A DNA stretch of 56,128 bases from Desulfosoma sp. (GTDB taxonomy: Bacteria > Desulfobacterota > Syntrophobacteria > Syntrophobacterales > DSM-9756): NCBI GenBank assembly GCA_037481835.1, contig JBBFKW010000019.1, positions 1-56,128 on the forward strand, given 5' to 3'. Below, piece by piece: positions 36,498 through 46,819 of the stretch (position 1 is its first letter; each line of letters begins with the position of its first letter). A program made the position numbers and the translations under genes. The notes below the pieces were generated by a model. It was not told the origin of the DNA and ran no database searches. It saw only the letters and a list, made by a program, of their open reading frames with translations.

Positions 36498-39400
36498 ATG
36501 CCCCCGCTCGATCCCCTGACGTTGCCCCTTGACGGCGTTCGTCTCATCGAAGCCAGCGCCGGCACGGGGAAAACCCACAACATCGTGACCCTTTTCCTCC
36601 GCCTGCTCCTGGAAAAGGGTGCGGACATCAGCCGCATCCTGGTGGTGACGTTCACCAACGCCGCCACGGAAGAGCTTCGAGGCCGCCTTCGCGAGCGGCT
36701 TCGGACGGCGTGGGCGGAAGCCGCCCATGGCGGACCGAAGGATCCCGTGCTGGCCGCCGTATGGAGCACCTTCGATGAAGCCCAAAAATTTCAGGCTCAG
36801 CAGCGGCTCTGGGAAGCCGTCTGCCGGATGGATGAAGCCGCCGTTTTCACGATACACGGCTTCTGCCAAAGGATGCTCCAGGAATTCGCCTTTGAGTCCG
36901 CCATTCCCTTCGATTGGGATGTCCTGCCGGACGATCGAGACCTTTACCGGGAAGCCGCGGCGGATTTCTGGCGGCTTCTTATGAAAACCGCCGACACCGT
37001 CAAAGCCCGGTGGCTGCTGGAAACATGGGACGGCCCGGAGGGACTTCTGGAGGCTCTCGACGTGTTGAGGAGCCCCGTAGGACTCAGGATATGTCCCGAG
37101 CCGACGGAAAAAGAGGCTGCCGATTTCGCCGAGTTGGCCGAGCTTTATAAGAAGATGTGCTCCCTGTGGGGCAAGTGCCGAAGCGAAATCGAAGGCATCC
37201 TGCGCCATGGCAAGGGGCTGGATCGCCGCTCATACACGGGCTCCGTCGTCCAAAACGCCCTGGACGCCATGGAAGCCATCATCCAATGCGGGATGCCGCC
37301 TCTTTCGCTTCCCGACTCGTTCAAGAGGTTCACCCCGTCGATGCTGGCGGAAAAGAGCAAGGGCGGCCCTGCGCCGTCCCATTCCTTTTTCGACCTGTGC
37401 GGCCGCTACGAAAAGCTTCTCCATGAGCTTGTGACCTCGCAGCGGCTGCGCATTCTGCACTCGGCTTGCCATTTTATTCGGAAGGCTGTGGATGATCGAA
37501 AGGCCGCCGAGCGCAGCCTCGCTTTCGACGATTTGCTCCGGAGGTTCGACAAGGCGCTTTCAGGGCCGGTCGGCCCCAGGCTTGCCGAGGCCGTTCGTCA
37601 GAAATATTCGGTCGCCCTCATCGACGAATTCCAGGACACCGATCCCGTGCAATACCAAATTTTTAAAAGGATCTACATCGCTCCGGACGGCCCGCAACCG
37701 CTGTGTCTCATCGGCGACCCCAAACAGGCCATCTACAGTTTCCGGGGTGCGGACATTTTCACCTACATGGGCGCCAAGCGGGACGCGGGGCCGGAAAACG
37801 TCTACACCATGACGACCAACTGGCGTTCGTCCTCGGGTTTGGTCCGCGCCGTGAATCATCTCTTTTCCCGCCATCCCTACCCTTTCGTTTTCCATGGAGA
37901 TATTCCCTTCCATGAGGTCCAAAGCGCCGGAAGGGCGGATCAAGAGCCCCTGCAGCTGGACGGCGCCGTCCCCGCGGCCTTGCAAATTCGATTTATCCCC
38001 ACTGTGGGTTTGGTCCTCACCCGAGAGGGTTTCATCACCGCCGAGGCGGCCTCTCGAGCCGCCGCGGCGGACTGTGCCGGCGTCATTGTGCGGCTTTTGA
38101 ACCTTTCGCAAGAAGGAAGAGCCTGCATCGGCACCCGGCCGATTCAGGCTCGGGATATGGCCGTGCTTGTCCGATCCCACCGGGAAGGCCGCATGGTGCA
38201 GGAGGCGTTGCGCCGGAGAGGCGTGGCCAGCGTGAGTCTCCAGCGTGAGAGCGTTTTTGCCGCGCCGGAAGCCGCCGACGTGATGGCCGTCCTTTCCGCC
38301 GTGGCGGAGCCGGCTGACGATCGCCTTCTTCGGACGGCCCTGGCCACGGAAATTCTCGGCTGGGACGCTCTGCGGCTGAGCGCCCTGGAAGACGACGAGA
38401 CCCTCATGGAAGACGTTCAGAACCGGTTTCATCGCTACCGCGATCTGTGGCACCGTCACGGCTTCCTCGCTGCCTTCATGACGCTCCTTAAAGAAGAAAA
38501 CATCCCCGCCCATGTCCGCGCTCTTCCCGCAGGGGAACGGCGCCTGACGAATCTTCTGCATTTGGCCGAATTGCTCCATGCCGCATCCGCGTCCCATCGC
38601 GGAACGGACAGGCTGCTTCGCTGGTTTGCCGATCGGCTGCACAAGGACGACGCTCCGGAAGAAGAACAACTGCGCCTGGAAAGCGACGAAAACCTCGTCC
38701 AGGTGGTGACCATCCACAAGAGCAAGGGCTTGGAATACCCCATCGTCTTCGTGCCGTTTCCCTGGACCATAAAGCCACGGTATCCAAAGGATTCCGACGC
38801 CGTCCGATTCCATGATCCCGACGATCTGGCGCTGTGTGTGGATTTGGGATCCGACCGCATGGACGACCATCGGCAACTCGCCTATCGGGAGGATCTTGCC
38901 GAATGCATGCGCCTCGTCTATGTGGCGCTGACCAGGGCCAAACACCTGTGCATCACCAGCTGGGGTTGGATCAACGAAGCCGCGGCTTCGGCCATGGCCT
39001 GGCTGTTGTTTCCGAAATGTGTGCTGGACCCCGTGAAAGACCGTCCCGAAAGCGTCATGGGCACGTTAGCGGGCGAAGAGAAGCTCCGGGAAGCACTGGC
39101 CGAACTGGCCCGGTCCACCAACGGGGCCGTGGCCTTGGAACAAGCCGACTGGCACGCCGCAGAACCGTGGGTTCAAAAAGAGGAACGCGACCCCGTCTTT
39201 CAAGCCCGGACGTTCAGCACCGATCTGGGCATCCCGTGGCGTATCACCAGCTATACCCACATGGCACTCGGCGCCGAACCCCATACGCCCGACTACGATG
39301 CCGCAACGGACGGCGCGGAAGGCGACGAGGACGCCTCCCAGGCTGTAGACCCCATTTTCCTTTTCCCGCGGGGGCCACGGGCGGGCCGATGCCTTCACGA

Positions 39401-40124
39401 AATCTTTGAAAAGATCGATTTTTCAACCCCATCGCCTCAAGATGCGGAAGACATTGTCCCCGAAGCATTATCACGCCACGGACTGTCCCCCCTGTGGGTG
39501 AAACCCATCCTTTCCATGGTGGAGAACGTCCTGACGGCCCCCTTGCCCGAGCTTTCCGCCCGTCTACGACACATCGGTCTGAAAGATCGACTGAACGAGC
39601 TGGAATTCCATTTCCCCATTGTGCGGCTGGATCCCGCAGCCCTTGCGCAGGCTTTGCAAGACCACGCCTTTTACAAACCATCCGTCGAAGGGCTCACATT
39701 CGAAGCCCTGCAGGGCCTCATGCGGGGTTTTATCGATTTGGTTTTTCGATGTGAGGGGCGCTATTTCATCGCCGACTACAAGTCCAACCACTTGGGAAAC
39801 CGCGTGGAAGACTATCACCAAAAACGATTGAAACGAGCCATGCACGAACACCGCTACCCGCTGCAGATGCTCCTCTATACCGTGGCTCTCCATCGATATC
39901 TTTCTTTTCGACTTCCGGGCTACGAGTACGAGAGGGACTTCGGCGGCGTGTATTACCTCTTTGTCCGCGGCATGCGGCCTGAAAGCGCGGAACATCCGGG
40001 CGTCTTCTTCCATCGGCCGGCGAAGGACGTTATCCATCGCCTGGACGCCCTGTTCCGCTCCCCCAGCGGCCCATCCGGGAATCCGTCTCAGAGCGTCCAA
40101 AAGAGCGTCTTTACAGGGGCTTGA
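36498..40124 (+). CDS. recB: Exodeoxyribonuclease V beta subunit
   Basis: IEASAGTGKT, VTFTNAATEEL, IDEFQDTD, GDPKQAIYSFRGAD, TIHKSKGLEY, YVALTRA; nuclease motif GFIDLVF...DYKSN. Confidence 0.97.
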   Translation: MPPLDPLTLPLDGVRLIEASAGTGKTHNIVTLFLRLLLEKGADISRILVVTFTNAATEELRGRLRERLRTAWAEAAHGGPKDPVLAAVWSTFDEAQKFQAQQRLWEAVCRMDEAAVFTIHGFCQRMLQEFAFESAIPFDWDVLPDDRDLYREAAADFWRLLMKTADTVKARWLLETWDGPEGLLEALDVLRSPVGLRICPEPTEKEAADFAELAELYKKMCSLWGKCRSEIEGILRHGKGLDRRSYTGSVVQNALDAMEAIIQCGMPPLSLPDSFKRFTPSMLAEKSKGGPAPSHSFFDLCGRYEKLLHELVTSQRLRILHSACHFIRKAVDDRKAAERSLAFDDLLRRFDKALSGPVGPRLAEAVRQKYSVALIDEFQDTDPVQYQIFKRIYIAPDGPQPLCLIGDPKQAIYSFRGADIFTYMGAKRDAGPENVYTMTTNWRSSSGLVRAVNHLFSRHPYPFVFHGDIPFHEVQSAGRADQEPLQLDGAVPAALQIRFIPTVGLVLTREGFITAEAASRAAAADCAGVIVRLLNLSQEGRACIGTRPIQARDMAVLVRSHREGRMVQEALRRRGVASVSLQRESVFAAPEAADVMAVLSAVAEPADDRLLRTALATEILGWDALRLSALEDDETLMEDVQNRFHRYRDLWHRHGFLAAFMTLLKEENIPAHVRALPAGERRLTNLLHLAELLHAASASHRGTDRLLRWFADRLHKDDAPEEEQLRLESDENLVQVVTIHKSKGLEYPIVFVPFPWTIKPRYPKDSDAVRFHDPDDLALCVDLGSDRMDDHRQLAYREDLAECMRLVYVALTRAKHLCITSWGWINEAAASAMAWLLFPKCVLDPVKDRPESVMGTLAGEEKLREALAELARSTNGAVALEQADWHAAEPWVQKEERDPVFQARTFSTDLGIPWRITSYTHMALGAEPHTPDYDAATDGAEGDEDASQAVDPIFLFPRGPRAGRCLHEIFEKIDFSTPSPQDAEDIVPEALSRHGLSPLWVKPILSMVENVLTAPLPELSARLRHIGLKDRLNELEFHFPIVRLDPAALAQALQDHAFYKPSVEGLTFEALQGLMRGFIDLVFRCEGRYFIADYKSNHLGNRVEDYHQKRLKRAMHEHRYPLQMLLYTVALHRYLSFRLPGYEYERDFGGVYYLFVRGMRPESAEHPGVFFHRPAKDVIHRLDALFRSPSGPSGNPSQSVQKSVFTGA

Positions 40125-40145
40125 GGCTGAGTGGGGCGATGCATC

Positions 40146-42173
40146 ATGAAAGAAACGACCGTGCTGGATCGTCTCGATGTGCTTGTGGATCGCGGGGCTT
40201 TGCGGCCCATGGACCGTCATTTCGCCCGATGGGTGGCGGCGTCAGAGCCGGACGGGGTGAGAGAGGCCGTCGCCCTGGGAGCGGCCCTGGTGAGCCTCAG
40301 GGTGAGCCATGGGGATGTGTGCGTCGATCTTGGCATGGAAGGAGGAAAGTTTCTTTTCGACGAAAACCGTGCCGGGGACGCCAACGTGCGGGGGCCGGAT
40401 CCGAAAATCTGGATGCAGAGCCTGGCCCGATCCCACGCCGTCCATGTGGTGACGACACCGTCGCCTGTCTCGTCACCCAGTCCCTGGGAAAAAGGAGAAG
40501 ACGATCCCAGGGACGGCACCGGACCGCCCCTCTCTTGGGTTTCCGCCGTCCCTTCCCGCCCTCTGGTCCTGGACGGCTCCCGGCTGTATCTTGCTCGGCA
40601 TTGGTTTTACGAATGCGATCTCGCCCATCGCCTTTTGGAACGGGCCCGCGGCTGGACCGAAATCGCCCCCGAGGCCGTTCGGGCGGCTCTGGATCGTCTT
40701 TTTCCCCCGCTTGCCGCCGGAGAAACCGTGGACTGGCAGCGGGTGGCCGCAGCGGTCGCCGCCATGAAAAGGCTGTGCATCATTTCCGGAGGGCCGGGAA
40801 CGGGAAAGACGCACACCGTGACCGCCATCCTGGGGGTCCTGCACCACCTCCAGCCCCATCGCCCGCTGCGAACGGCCCTGGCCGCTCCGACGGGCAAGGC
40901 GGCGGCGCGTATCACGGAATCCCTGCGAAAGACCTTGGCTTCGTTTCGCGAAAGCGCGGCATGGATGGCTCACATCCCCAAAGAAGCGGCGACCCTGCAT
41001 CGGCTCTTAGGGATCCGCCAAGGGCGTTCCGTGCCCCGGCACGGCCCGGAAAATCCCCTGCATCTGGACGTCCTTGTGATCGACGAAGCGTCCATGATCG
41101 ATCTCACCTTGATGGCCCAGACCATGGCCGCCCTTCCCCCGCACGCGCGGCTGATTCTCTTGGGCGACAAGGACCAATTGGCCTCCGTGGAAGCAGGAAA
41201 CGTCTTTTCGGATCTCTGCGGCCGCGGTCCGGACCCGAAAAGCCCCTCGGCTCCGTACCAACCGCCCCGAAGCCCCCGATGGATGGAAAGAGTCCGCGCG
41301 GCAACGGGCATGGCCCTTCCAGAACCGAAGGGGCAATGTGCTGACGCTGCGGCACTCTCCCCATTGAGCGAATGCACGGTTTTTCTTGAAAGAAACTATC
41401 GGTTTCGGGCGGATAGCGGTATCGGACGGCTGGCGGCACTCATTCGAAACGGAGGCCCTGTGATCCCCTTTCTGCGGTCGGGTTCTTCTGAAAAAGCGCC
41501 GCAGGGGCCGGGTCCTTCGGACCCCGAGGTCACATTCCGGCCGATTGCCGAGCGCGATGTTTCCCGCATGCTGGAAACGATCGTCAAGAAATATTTCCTT
41601 CCCGTGGTGCAGGCAAAGACGGTTGAGGCCGCCTATGAAAAATTGGACGGCTTTCGCATCTTGTGCGCCGTGCGGGAAACGCCGTTCGGCGTCATCGCCC
41701 TTAATGCCCTCGTGGAAGACGTATTGGCCCGCATGGGCATGATCCCTCGGGGAACGCGCCATTACAAGGGGCGCCCTGTGCTTGTGACCCAAAACGACTA
41801 CGACGTCCAGCTCTTCAACGGCGACGTGGGAATCCTTTGGCCCGATCCCGCCGACGGGCGCCTGAGGGCGTGGTTTCGCCGCGTGGACGGAAGTTTTCGC
41901 AAGGTCCGGGTGCTTCGGCTTCCGCCCCATGAGACGGCCTATGCCATGACGGTCCACAAGGCCCAGGGGTCGGAATTCGGCCGCGTCCTTTTGATCCTTC
42001 CCGAGCAGGACGCCAAAGTCCTCACCCGGGAACTCCTCTACACCGCCGTCACCCGCGCCAAGGACGGCGTGGACATCCGGGCTCCAGAAAGCATCCTGGA
42101 AACGGCCGTTGGACGCCGCACCGAACGCCGCTCTGGCCTCAGCCTCCGGCTCTGGCCCCCTTCCACCTTGTAG
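40146..42173 (+). CDS. recD: Exodeoxyribonuclease V alpha subunit
   Basis: SGGPGTGKT, AAPTGKAAAR, TLHRLLG, DEASMID, GDKDQLASVEAG, MTVHKAQGSEF, ELLYTAVTRA. Confidence 0.97.
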   Translation: MKETTVLDRLDVLVDRGALRPMDRHFARWVAASEPDGVREAVALGAALVSLRVSHGDVCVDLGMEGGKFLFDENRAGDANVRGPDPKIWMQSLARSHAVHVVTTPSPVSSPSPWEKGEDDPRDGTGPPLSWVSAVPSRPLVLDGSRLYLARHWFYECDLAHRLLERARGWTEIAPEAVRAALDRLFPPLAAGETVDWQRVAAAVAAMKRLCIISGGPGTGKTHTVTAILGVLHHLQPHRPLRTALAAPTGKAAARITESLRKTLASFRESAAWMAHIPKEAATLHRLLGIRQGRSVPRHGPENPLHLDVLVIDEASMIDLTLMAQTMAALPPHARLILLGDKDQLASVEAGNVFSDLCGRGPDPKSPSAPYQPPRSPRWMERVRAATGMALPEPKGQCADAAALSPLSECTVFLERNYRFRADSGIGRLAALIRNGGPVIPFLRSGSSEKAPQGPGPSDPEVTFRPIAERDVSRMLETIVKKYFLPVVQAKTVEAAYEKLDGFRILCAVRETPFGVIALNALVEDVLARMGMIPRGTRHYKGRPVLVTQNDYDVQLFNGDVGILWPDPADGRLRAWFRRVDGSFRKVRVLRLPPHETAYAMTVHKAQGSEFGRVLLILPEQDAKVLTRELLYTAVTRAKDGVDIRAPESILETAVGRRTERRSGLSLRLWPPSTL

Positions 42174-42365
42174 AAATTCCGCACGGGAAGATGCCGCCTC
42201 GCCCGCGCACAGCTTGACCTTATTGAAATTGAAAAGGATCTCAACAAAGAGCAAGCCTTGGTCAAAAAGCACATCCTCGTGTGAGGCGGATTCTTGATGG
42301 CGCGCGTTGCGGTTCGACCCAAAAGGAGCGTGCCCCACGAGGGCATATTTCCTCGTGCCGACGGT

Positions 42366-42432
42366 TGCCACGTCATCCCCGCGAAGCTCGTCCCCGGCTT
42401 GACCGGGGATCGGGGATCCAGGATTGACGGCA
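42366..42432 (+). repeat. GTCATCCCCGCG...GGGGATCCA-type palindromic repeat with a nested hairpin
   Basis: ATCCCCG...CGGGGAT stem enclosing TCCCCGG-CTTGA-CCGGGGA; outer TGCC-CGTCA / TGACG-GCA pairing. Confidence 0.65.
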
Positions 42433-42504
42433 CGCTTTTGCGGGAGTCACGGTTCGACGAGGTCTCGGACAACGTCCAAGGGGATGCCCCATGGGATGAT
42501 GTGA

Positions 42505-42587
42505 CGCCCCTTCGGGGCTTGGGGTACGGAGGCGTCCCCGCCCCCCGGGGCTTCGCCTTGGGCTGGGATCCCGAGCCCCTTCGGGGC
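42505..42587 (-). repeat. REP-like composite element, inverted relative of 7235-7283
   Basis: Minus strand GCCCCGAAGGGGC...CAGCCCAAGGCGAAGCCCCGGG...CCCAAGCCCCGAAGGGGCG. Confidence 0.75.
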
Positions 42588-42727
42588 CGCGGCGGCTCCA
42601 GCGCCAAGACCGTTAACGGGCTCCGGAGGGGAACGGACCGCTTGGGACTTGACAGAAGCATCCGGTCTTGCGAGGAGATACCCACAAGCCGCGTCCACCG
42701 GTCATGCGGCTCAAGGAGAGATGGACG

Positions 42728-45700
42728 ATGAAGATCCTTCGCCTTCGATTCAAGAATGTGAGCTCGCTCAGGGGTGAGTGGGATATCCGTTTCGACGCGC
42801 CCCCGCTTTCCGACACGGGCCTATTCGCCATCACCGGGCCCAACGGCTCGGGGAAGTCCTCCATCCTCGATGCCGTCACCTTGGGCCTCTACGGGGAAAC
42901 CGTCCGATTGCGGAACCCGGAAAGGGACATCACCACCTGGCTCGAGGATGAATCCTATTCCGATGTGACCTTCCGCGTCGGCGAGGCCGTCTACCGCAGC
43001 CGATGGTGGGCCCGCAAAGGCCCGGAAGGCCTCGTGGGACCCGAAATGAGCCTTTCGGTCATCAACGGCACCGAAAACCTCCTGGAAGACCGCATCATTC
43101 GGGTCCGCACTCGTATCGGCGAAATCACCGGACTGGATTTCAAAAGGTTCTGCCGCTCCGTCCTTTTGGCCCAAGGCCAATTCGCCGCCTTCCTCACCGC
43201 TTTGGAAAACGAAAGAGCGGACATCCTGGAAAAGATCATCGGGGCCGAAGTGACCCAAGAACTGGGAGAGGATTTGAAAAAACGCTCGGCCGCCGCCCAG
43301 GAACGCCTGCTTCAGCTCAAGGAACAAGCCGCCGGTTTTCCCGCAGTGGATCGGGAGCGGCTGCGGGACCTGGAGCGGGATCGGGATGAGGTTCGCGCCC
43401 AATGGGACGAAACCCTGCGGCGGATCGCCGAACTGGAAGAAGAAAAGGAACGGCTCCACGCCCTGGAAAGGTGCCGAGACGAACTCCACGCGGCTCAAGA
43501 GGCCTGTGCCGAAGCGGACGCTCAAGAGGCTTCGATCCGCCAGGAAGTGGAGCGCCTGGAAAAAATCCTTGCGGTCCGCCCCTTGGCCGACGAACTGCAC
43601 GAGCTTCGCCGTGATGACGAAAACAGAAATGCCCTTCGAGCCCGGCTCGACGCCCTGCGGCGGGAGACGGCCGATGACCGGGAAAGTCTCCGAACCGCCC
43701 GGGAAGAGCTCACCCTGACCCGCGAATCCTTGGAAAAGGCACGGCAGCGCCTCCAGGAAGAGGAAGAGGCCTTCCACGACGCCTTTCACAGGGACGAAGC
43801 GATCAAAGAAGCCGCCCAGCGTTTGCAGGACGCCCTGTCTCGATCCATGGAACGGGACGGCTTGCACAGGCAGGCGCTCGCCCGACTTGAACAGCTGAAA
43901 GCCCAGCTTCTCCAGTCGACTTCCCAGCTCGAAAGCCTCCAGGATCGGCTCTCCCGGACTTCAGCCGACGCCGGTTTGGAAAAGGACTTGGTCGGTTTCG
44001 AGGACCGGATTCGGCGCCTCGTCGAGTCACGAAGCCGCCTGGAGATTTTGGAGGCCCAAGTGCCGGAAGCCCAAGCGCTTCTGGACAAGGCCGCCGCGGC
44101 TTTGAATCACGCCCTTTCCCATGAAAAGGACACCCAGTCCAAAGCGGGCCAAGCCGTTCTCAAAAAGCAAGCCCTGGAACAGGAACTGAAAGCCCGCCTC
44201 GGGAACGAGACCCGGGAGTCGCTCAAAGAAAGGCTCAAGGCACACAAGAAGGCCCTTTCGGCTTACAAGAAGCTTCTGCCCATCGCCCGGCGCTTCCACG
44301 CCGAGGGGCTCGCTTTCGATATCCAGGGAGAACGGGAGCAGGTCTCTTACCGCCGAACAACTCTCCAAGCGTCCTTGGATGAAGCCTTGGCCGAGATGAA
44401 GAACTTCGAGAACGATTTGGCCTGGCGCGAAAGTTTTCAACGGGTGAGTCCCGAACGGGAGCGGCTCCGTGAAGGATCCCCCTGCCCGCTGTGCGGCTCC
44501 ACGGCCCATCCTTTTGTCATCCAGGGCGTTCCGGATCTGTCGGAACTCTACAAGCCCATAGATGCGCTCCAAAACCGGATCGGCTCCCTCACGGCCGAAC
44601 TGGCCGACTTGGACCGCAAGGCCGCCGTGCTGGAGGCACAAGCCGACGCAGCGGCGCGCCTTCTCCGGAATTGGGACGATGTGTGCCGCCGCACGGGGCT
44701 GAGCATTCCCATGATGGATCCTCAAGCCATCATGAATGCCGTCCGTTCGGAAAAAGCGGCCATCCGGGAGGTCAAATCGGTTCTTCGGTCCGCGCGGTTT
44801 CTGCAGTGGCGCCTGGCCTGGACGAACAGGGTCCTCCAGCGAAAGCTCGGAACATTTTCCAAGAAGGAACAAGAGCGCCATCTCCTGCAGGAACAGCACA
44901 GTGCCCAGAAAAAAGCCGTCTCGGACCTGCAGGATCAAATCCGACGGCTCAAGGATGAAGCGGAAGCCGTGGCCGCCGATCTGCACACTCTGCTGGCACC
45001 TTACGGCGAAGAGGCCCCGGCAAAAGGCGCCGAAAGACGACTTTTGGATCGCCTGAGGATGCGCCGGGATGCCTATCGTCGTTCGGTGATCGAAGAAAAA
45101 GACCTGCGCGAGACCATCGGCTCCCTGGAGACGGAAATCCAGTCCCTTTCCCCCGAACTGGAGCGACTCAAGAAAGACGCCGAGGCTGCGGCTTCAGAAG
45201 CCGATGCCGTTCAGGCCGAATTGGCATCCCTCAAGGCCGAGCGGGAGTCCCTCTACCCGGGAGTCGACCCCGTAGCGGAACGGCACGCCCTGGAAGAATC
45301 GATCCAGGCCCTGACCCGCCGAGAGGAAGACCTCGTGCAGCACATCGAGGCGCTGAACCGATCCCTTGAGGCACGGGAAAGAGAAATTTCCGAGGTGCAC
45401 AAGGCATTGGAAGCGGCGGAGGCGGCTTGGGAGGCGAGCCGAGCGGATCTTGAGGGTCGGGTTCGCGCTCTGGGCCTCGATTCCCTCGAAGCCGCCTTTG
45501 AGATCTTCCAAGCCGTGGAAGAAGAACCCATGGTGCGGCAGCGCGCCGCCCAAGCGGCCGAGGCCGCCGAAAAGGCCCGATCCCGCCTCATGGCCGCACA
45601 ACAGGCCCTGGACGAAGCGGCGAAGCGGGTGAGTTCGGGGGAGTCCCTGGAAGGCATTTCCGAGCGCCTCGCCGAACTTCACGAACGGAGGGAAAGTCTT

Positions 45701-46309
45701 CGGCAGAGCTTGGAGGAGCTGGAACGGCACTTGGTGGAAACCCGCCGGTCGACCCAGGAACTTCGCGAACTCATGCGGGCGATTGAAGATCAGGAACGGT
45801 TGTGTGCGCAGCTCGCCCTGGAGGAGAAGGCCTTTTGGGAAGAGCAGAGCGCCGAGGTTCGCGAAAAGTTTCGGCGGCACCTCCTTGAGCGCCTTGTCGC
45901 TCAAGCCAACACGCACCTGGAACTGCTGAGCGGCCGCTATCGGCTCCAGACCTCGGCCGACGACGGCTTCGGCCTGGAGGTGGAAGACCTCATGCAGCAC
46001 AGGAACCGGCGCCCCTTGCGCACCCTTTCGGGGGGCGAGACGTTCGTGGTCAGTCTGAGCATGGCTTTGGGACTTTCGGACCTGGCGGCACAACACCGAA
46101 AGATCGAATCCCTCTTTTTAGACGAAGGATTCGGCGTTCTGGACGAGGAAATGCTCTATCGGGTCATGAGCGCACTTCGAAGGCTGCAGGCCAACGGAAA
46201 AACCGTGGGCATCATCTCCCACGTGAAACGCCTGGCCGAAGAAATCCAGACCCAAATCCGGGTGGAACGCGAACCCGGCGGGATGTCCCGGATCACCGTG
46301 GTGCCTTAA
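42728..46309 (+). CDS. sbcC: SbcC/Rad50 family SMC-like ATPase
   Basis: Walker A GPNGSGKS, Q-loop LAQGQF, long coiled coils, zinc hook CPLC, signature LSGGE, Walker B LFLDEGFG, ISH. Confidence 0.95.
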   Translation: MKILRLRFKNVSSLRGEWDIRFDAPPLSDTGLFAITGPNGSGKSSILDAVTLGLYGETVRLRNPERDITTWLEDESYSDVTFRVGEAVYRSRWWARKGPEGLVGPEMSLSVINGTENLLEDRIIRVRTRIGEITGLDFKRFCRSVLLAQGQFAAFLTALENERADILEKIIGAEVTQELGEDLKKRSAAAQERLLQLKEQAAGFPAVDRERLRDLERDRDEVRAQWDETLRRIAELEEEKERLHALERCRDELHAAQEACAEADAQEASIRQEVERLEKILAVRPLADELHELRRDDENRNALRARLDALRRETADDRESLRTAREELTLTRESLEKARQRLQEEEEAFHDAFHRDEAIKEAAQRLQDALSRSMERDGLHRQALARLEQLKAQLLQSTSQLESLQDRLSRTSADAGLEKDLVGFEDRIRRLVESRSRLEILEAQVPEAQALLDKAAAALNHALSHEKDTQSKAGQAVLKKQALEQELKARLGNETRESLKERLKAHKKALSAYKKLLPIARRFHAEGLAFDIQGEREQVSYRRTTLQASLDEALAEMKNFENDLAWRESFQRVSPERERLREGSPCPLCGSTAHPFVIQGVPDLSELYKPIDALQNRIGSLTAELADLDRKAAVLEAQADAAARLLRNWDDVCRRTGLSIPMMDPQAIMNAVRSEKAAIREVKSVLRSARFLQWRLAWTNRVLQRKLGTFSKKEQERHLLQEQHSAQKKAVSDLQDQIRRLKDEAEAVAADLHTLLAPYGEEAPAKGAERRLLDRLRMRRDAYRRSVIEEKDLRETIGSLETEIQSLSPELERLKKDAEAAASEADAVQAELASLKAERESLYPGVDPVAERHALEESIQALTRREEDLVQHIEALNRSLEAREREISEVHKALEAAEAAWEASRADLEGRVRALGLDSLEAAFEIFQAVEEEPMVRQRAAQAAEAAEKARSRLMAAQQALDEAAKRVSSGESLEGISERLAELHERRESLRQSLEELERHLVETRRSTQELRELMRAIEDQERLCAQLALEEKAFWEEQSAEVREKFRRHLLERLVAQANTHLELLSGRYRLQTSADDGFGLEVEDLMQHRNRRPLRTLSGGETFVVSLSMALGLSDLAAQHRKIESLFLDEGFGVLDEEMLYRVMSALRRLQANGKTVGIISHVKRLAEEIQTQIRVEREPGGMSRITVVP

Positions 46310-46478
46310 GCGCCTCGGGACGGGCAGGGCATTCGTTCATGCGCCGCGTTTTTTCTTCCAGCTCTGCGGTGGTTCGAAAAACCCACGTGCTCGGATGGGA
46401 AAAGCAAAAGACAGCCAAATCGCATCGGGCGCACGGAGCTTCTTCATCCTTGGGGGCGGGCTGGGGAGCCGGTCTCAT
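46293..46478 (-). CDS. Small Cys-containing hypothetical protein
   Basis: CxxC-x5-C...C; starts 15 nt after the HNH gene; overlaps the sbcC 3' end by 17 nt. Confidence 0.45.
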   Translation of the reverse strand: MRPAPQPAPKDEEAPCARCDLAVFCFSHPSTWVFRTTAELEEKTRRMNECPARPEALKAPR

Positions 46479-46493
46479 CGCATCACCTGTCGT

Positions 46494-46817
46494 TCATCGG
46501 GAAGCTGTTTCCGCGCATCGCGTAAGGTAATCCGCCCATTCCACGGGCAGCAGGTATTTCTTTTTATTGTTGCAGTCCTTGCAGCACGGGACCACATTGC
46601 CCTTGGTGCTGCGTCCGCCCCGCACCAAGGGGACCACGTGGTCCATCGTAAGGTCCTTGGGCGGGACCGCTTTGCCGCAGTAGTGGCAGCGGCCTTTGGC
46701 CAACTGCCGCTGCCACCACTGGGTCTTCCTGAGCTCGCGAGCCTTTTCCTTTTCGCGGCGGATCTGTTCGGGCGACACCGTAATAATGAAAGGCTCGGCA
46801 AAAGAATCGATCGTCAT
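46494..46817 (-). CDS. Small HNH endonuclease
   Basis: CHYC, TMDHVVPLVRGG, N, CCKDCNNKK. Confidence 0.92.
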   Translation of the reverse strand: MTIDSFAEPFIITVSPEQIRREKEKARELRKTQWWQRQLAKGRCHYCGKAVPPKDLTMDHVVPLVRGGRSTKGNVVPCCKDCNNKKKYLLPVEWADYLTRCAETASR

Positions 46818-46819
46818 CT

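Noticed and set aside
42171..42284. In-frame protein-like sequence after the recD TAG, suggesting amber read-through or pyrrolysine
   Set aside because: RecD is already complete at RRSGL, no pyl genes are in the window, and a gene remnant or chance open frame explains it more simply
32985..46817. recCBD + SMC ATPase + HNH as an anti-phage system (Wadjet or Lamassu-like)
   Set aside because: The proteins have canonical RecBCD and SbcC motifs, the HNH gene is on the opposite strand, and no JetABD or LmuA/LmuC-like genes are present
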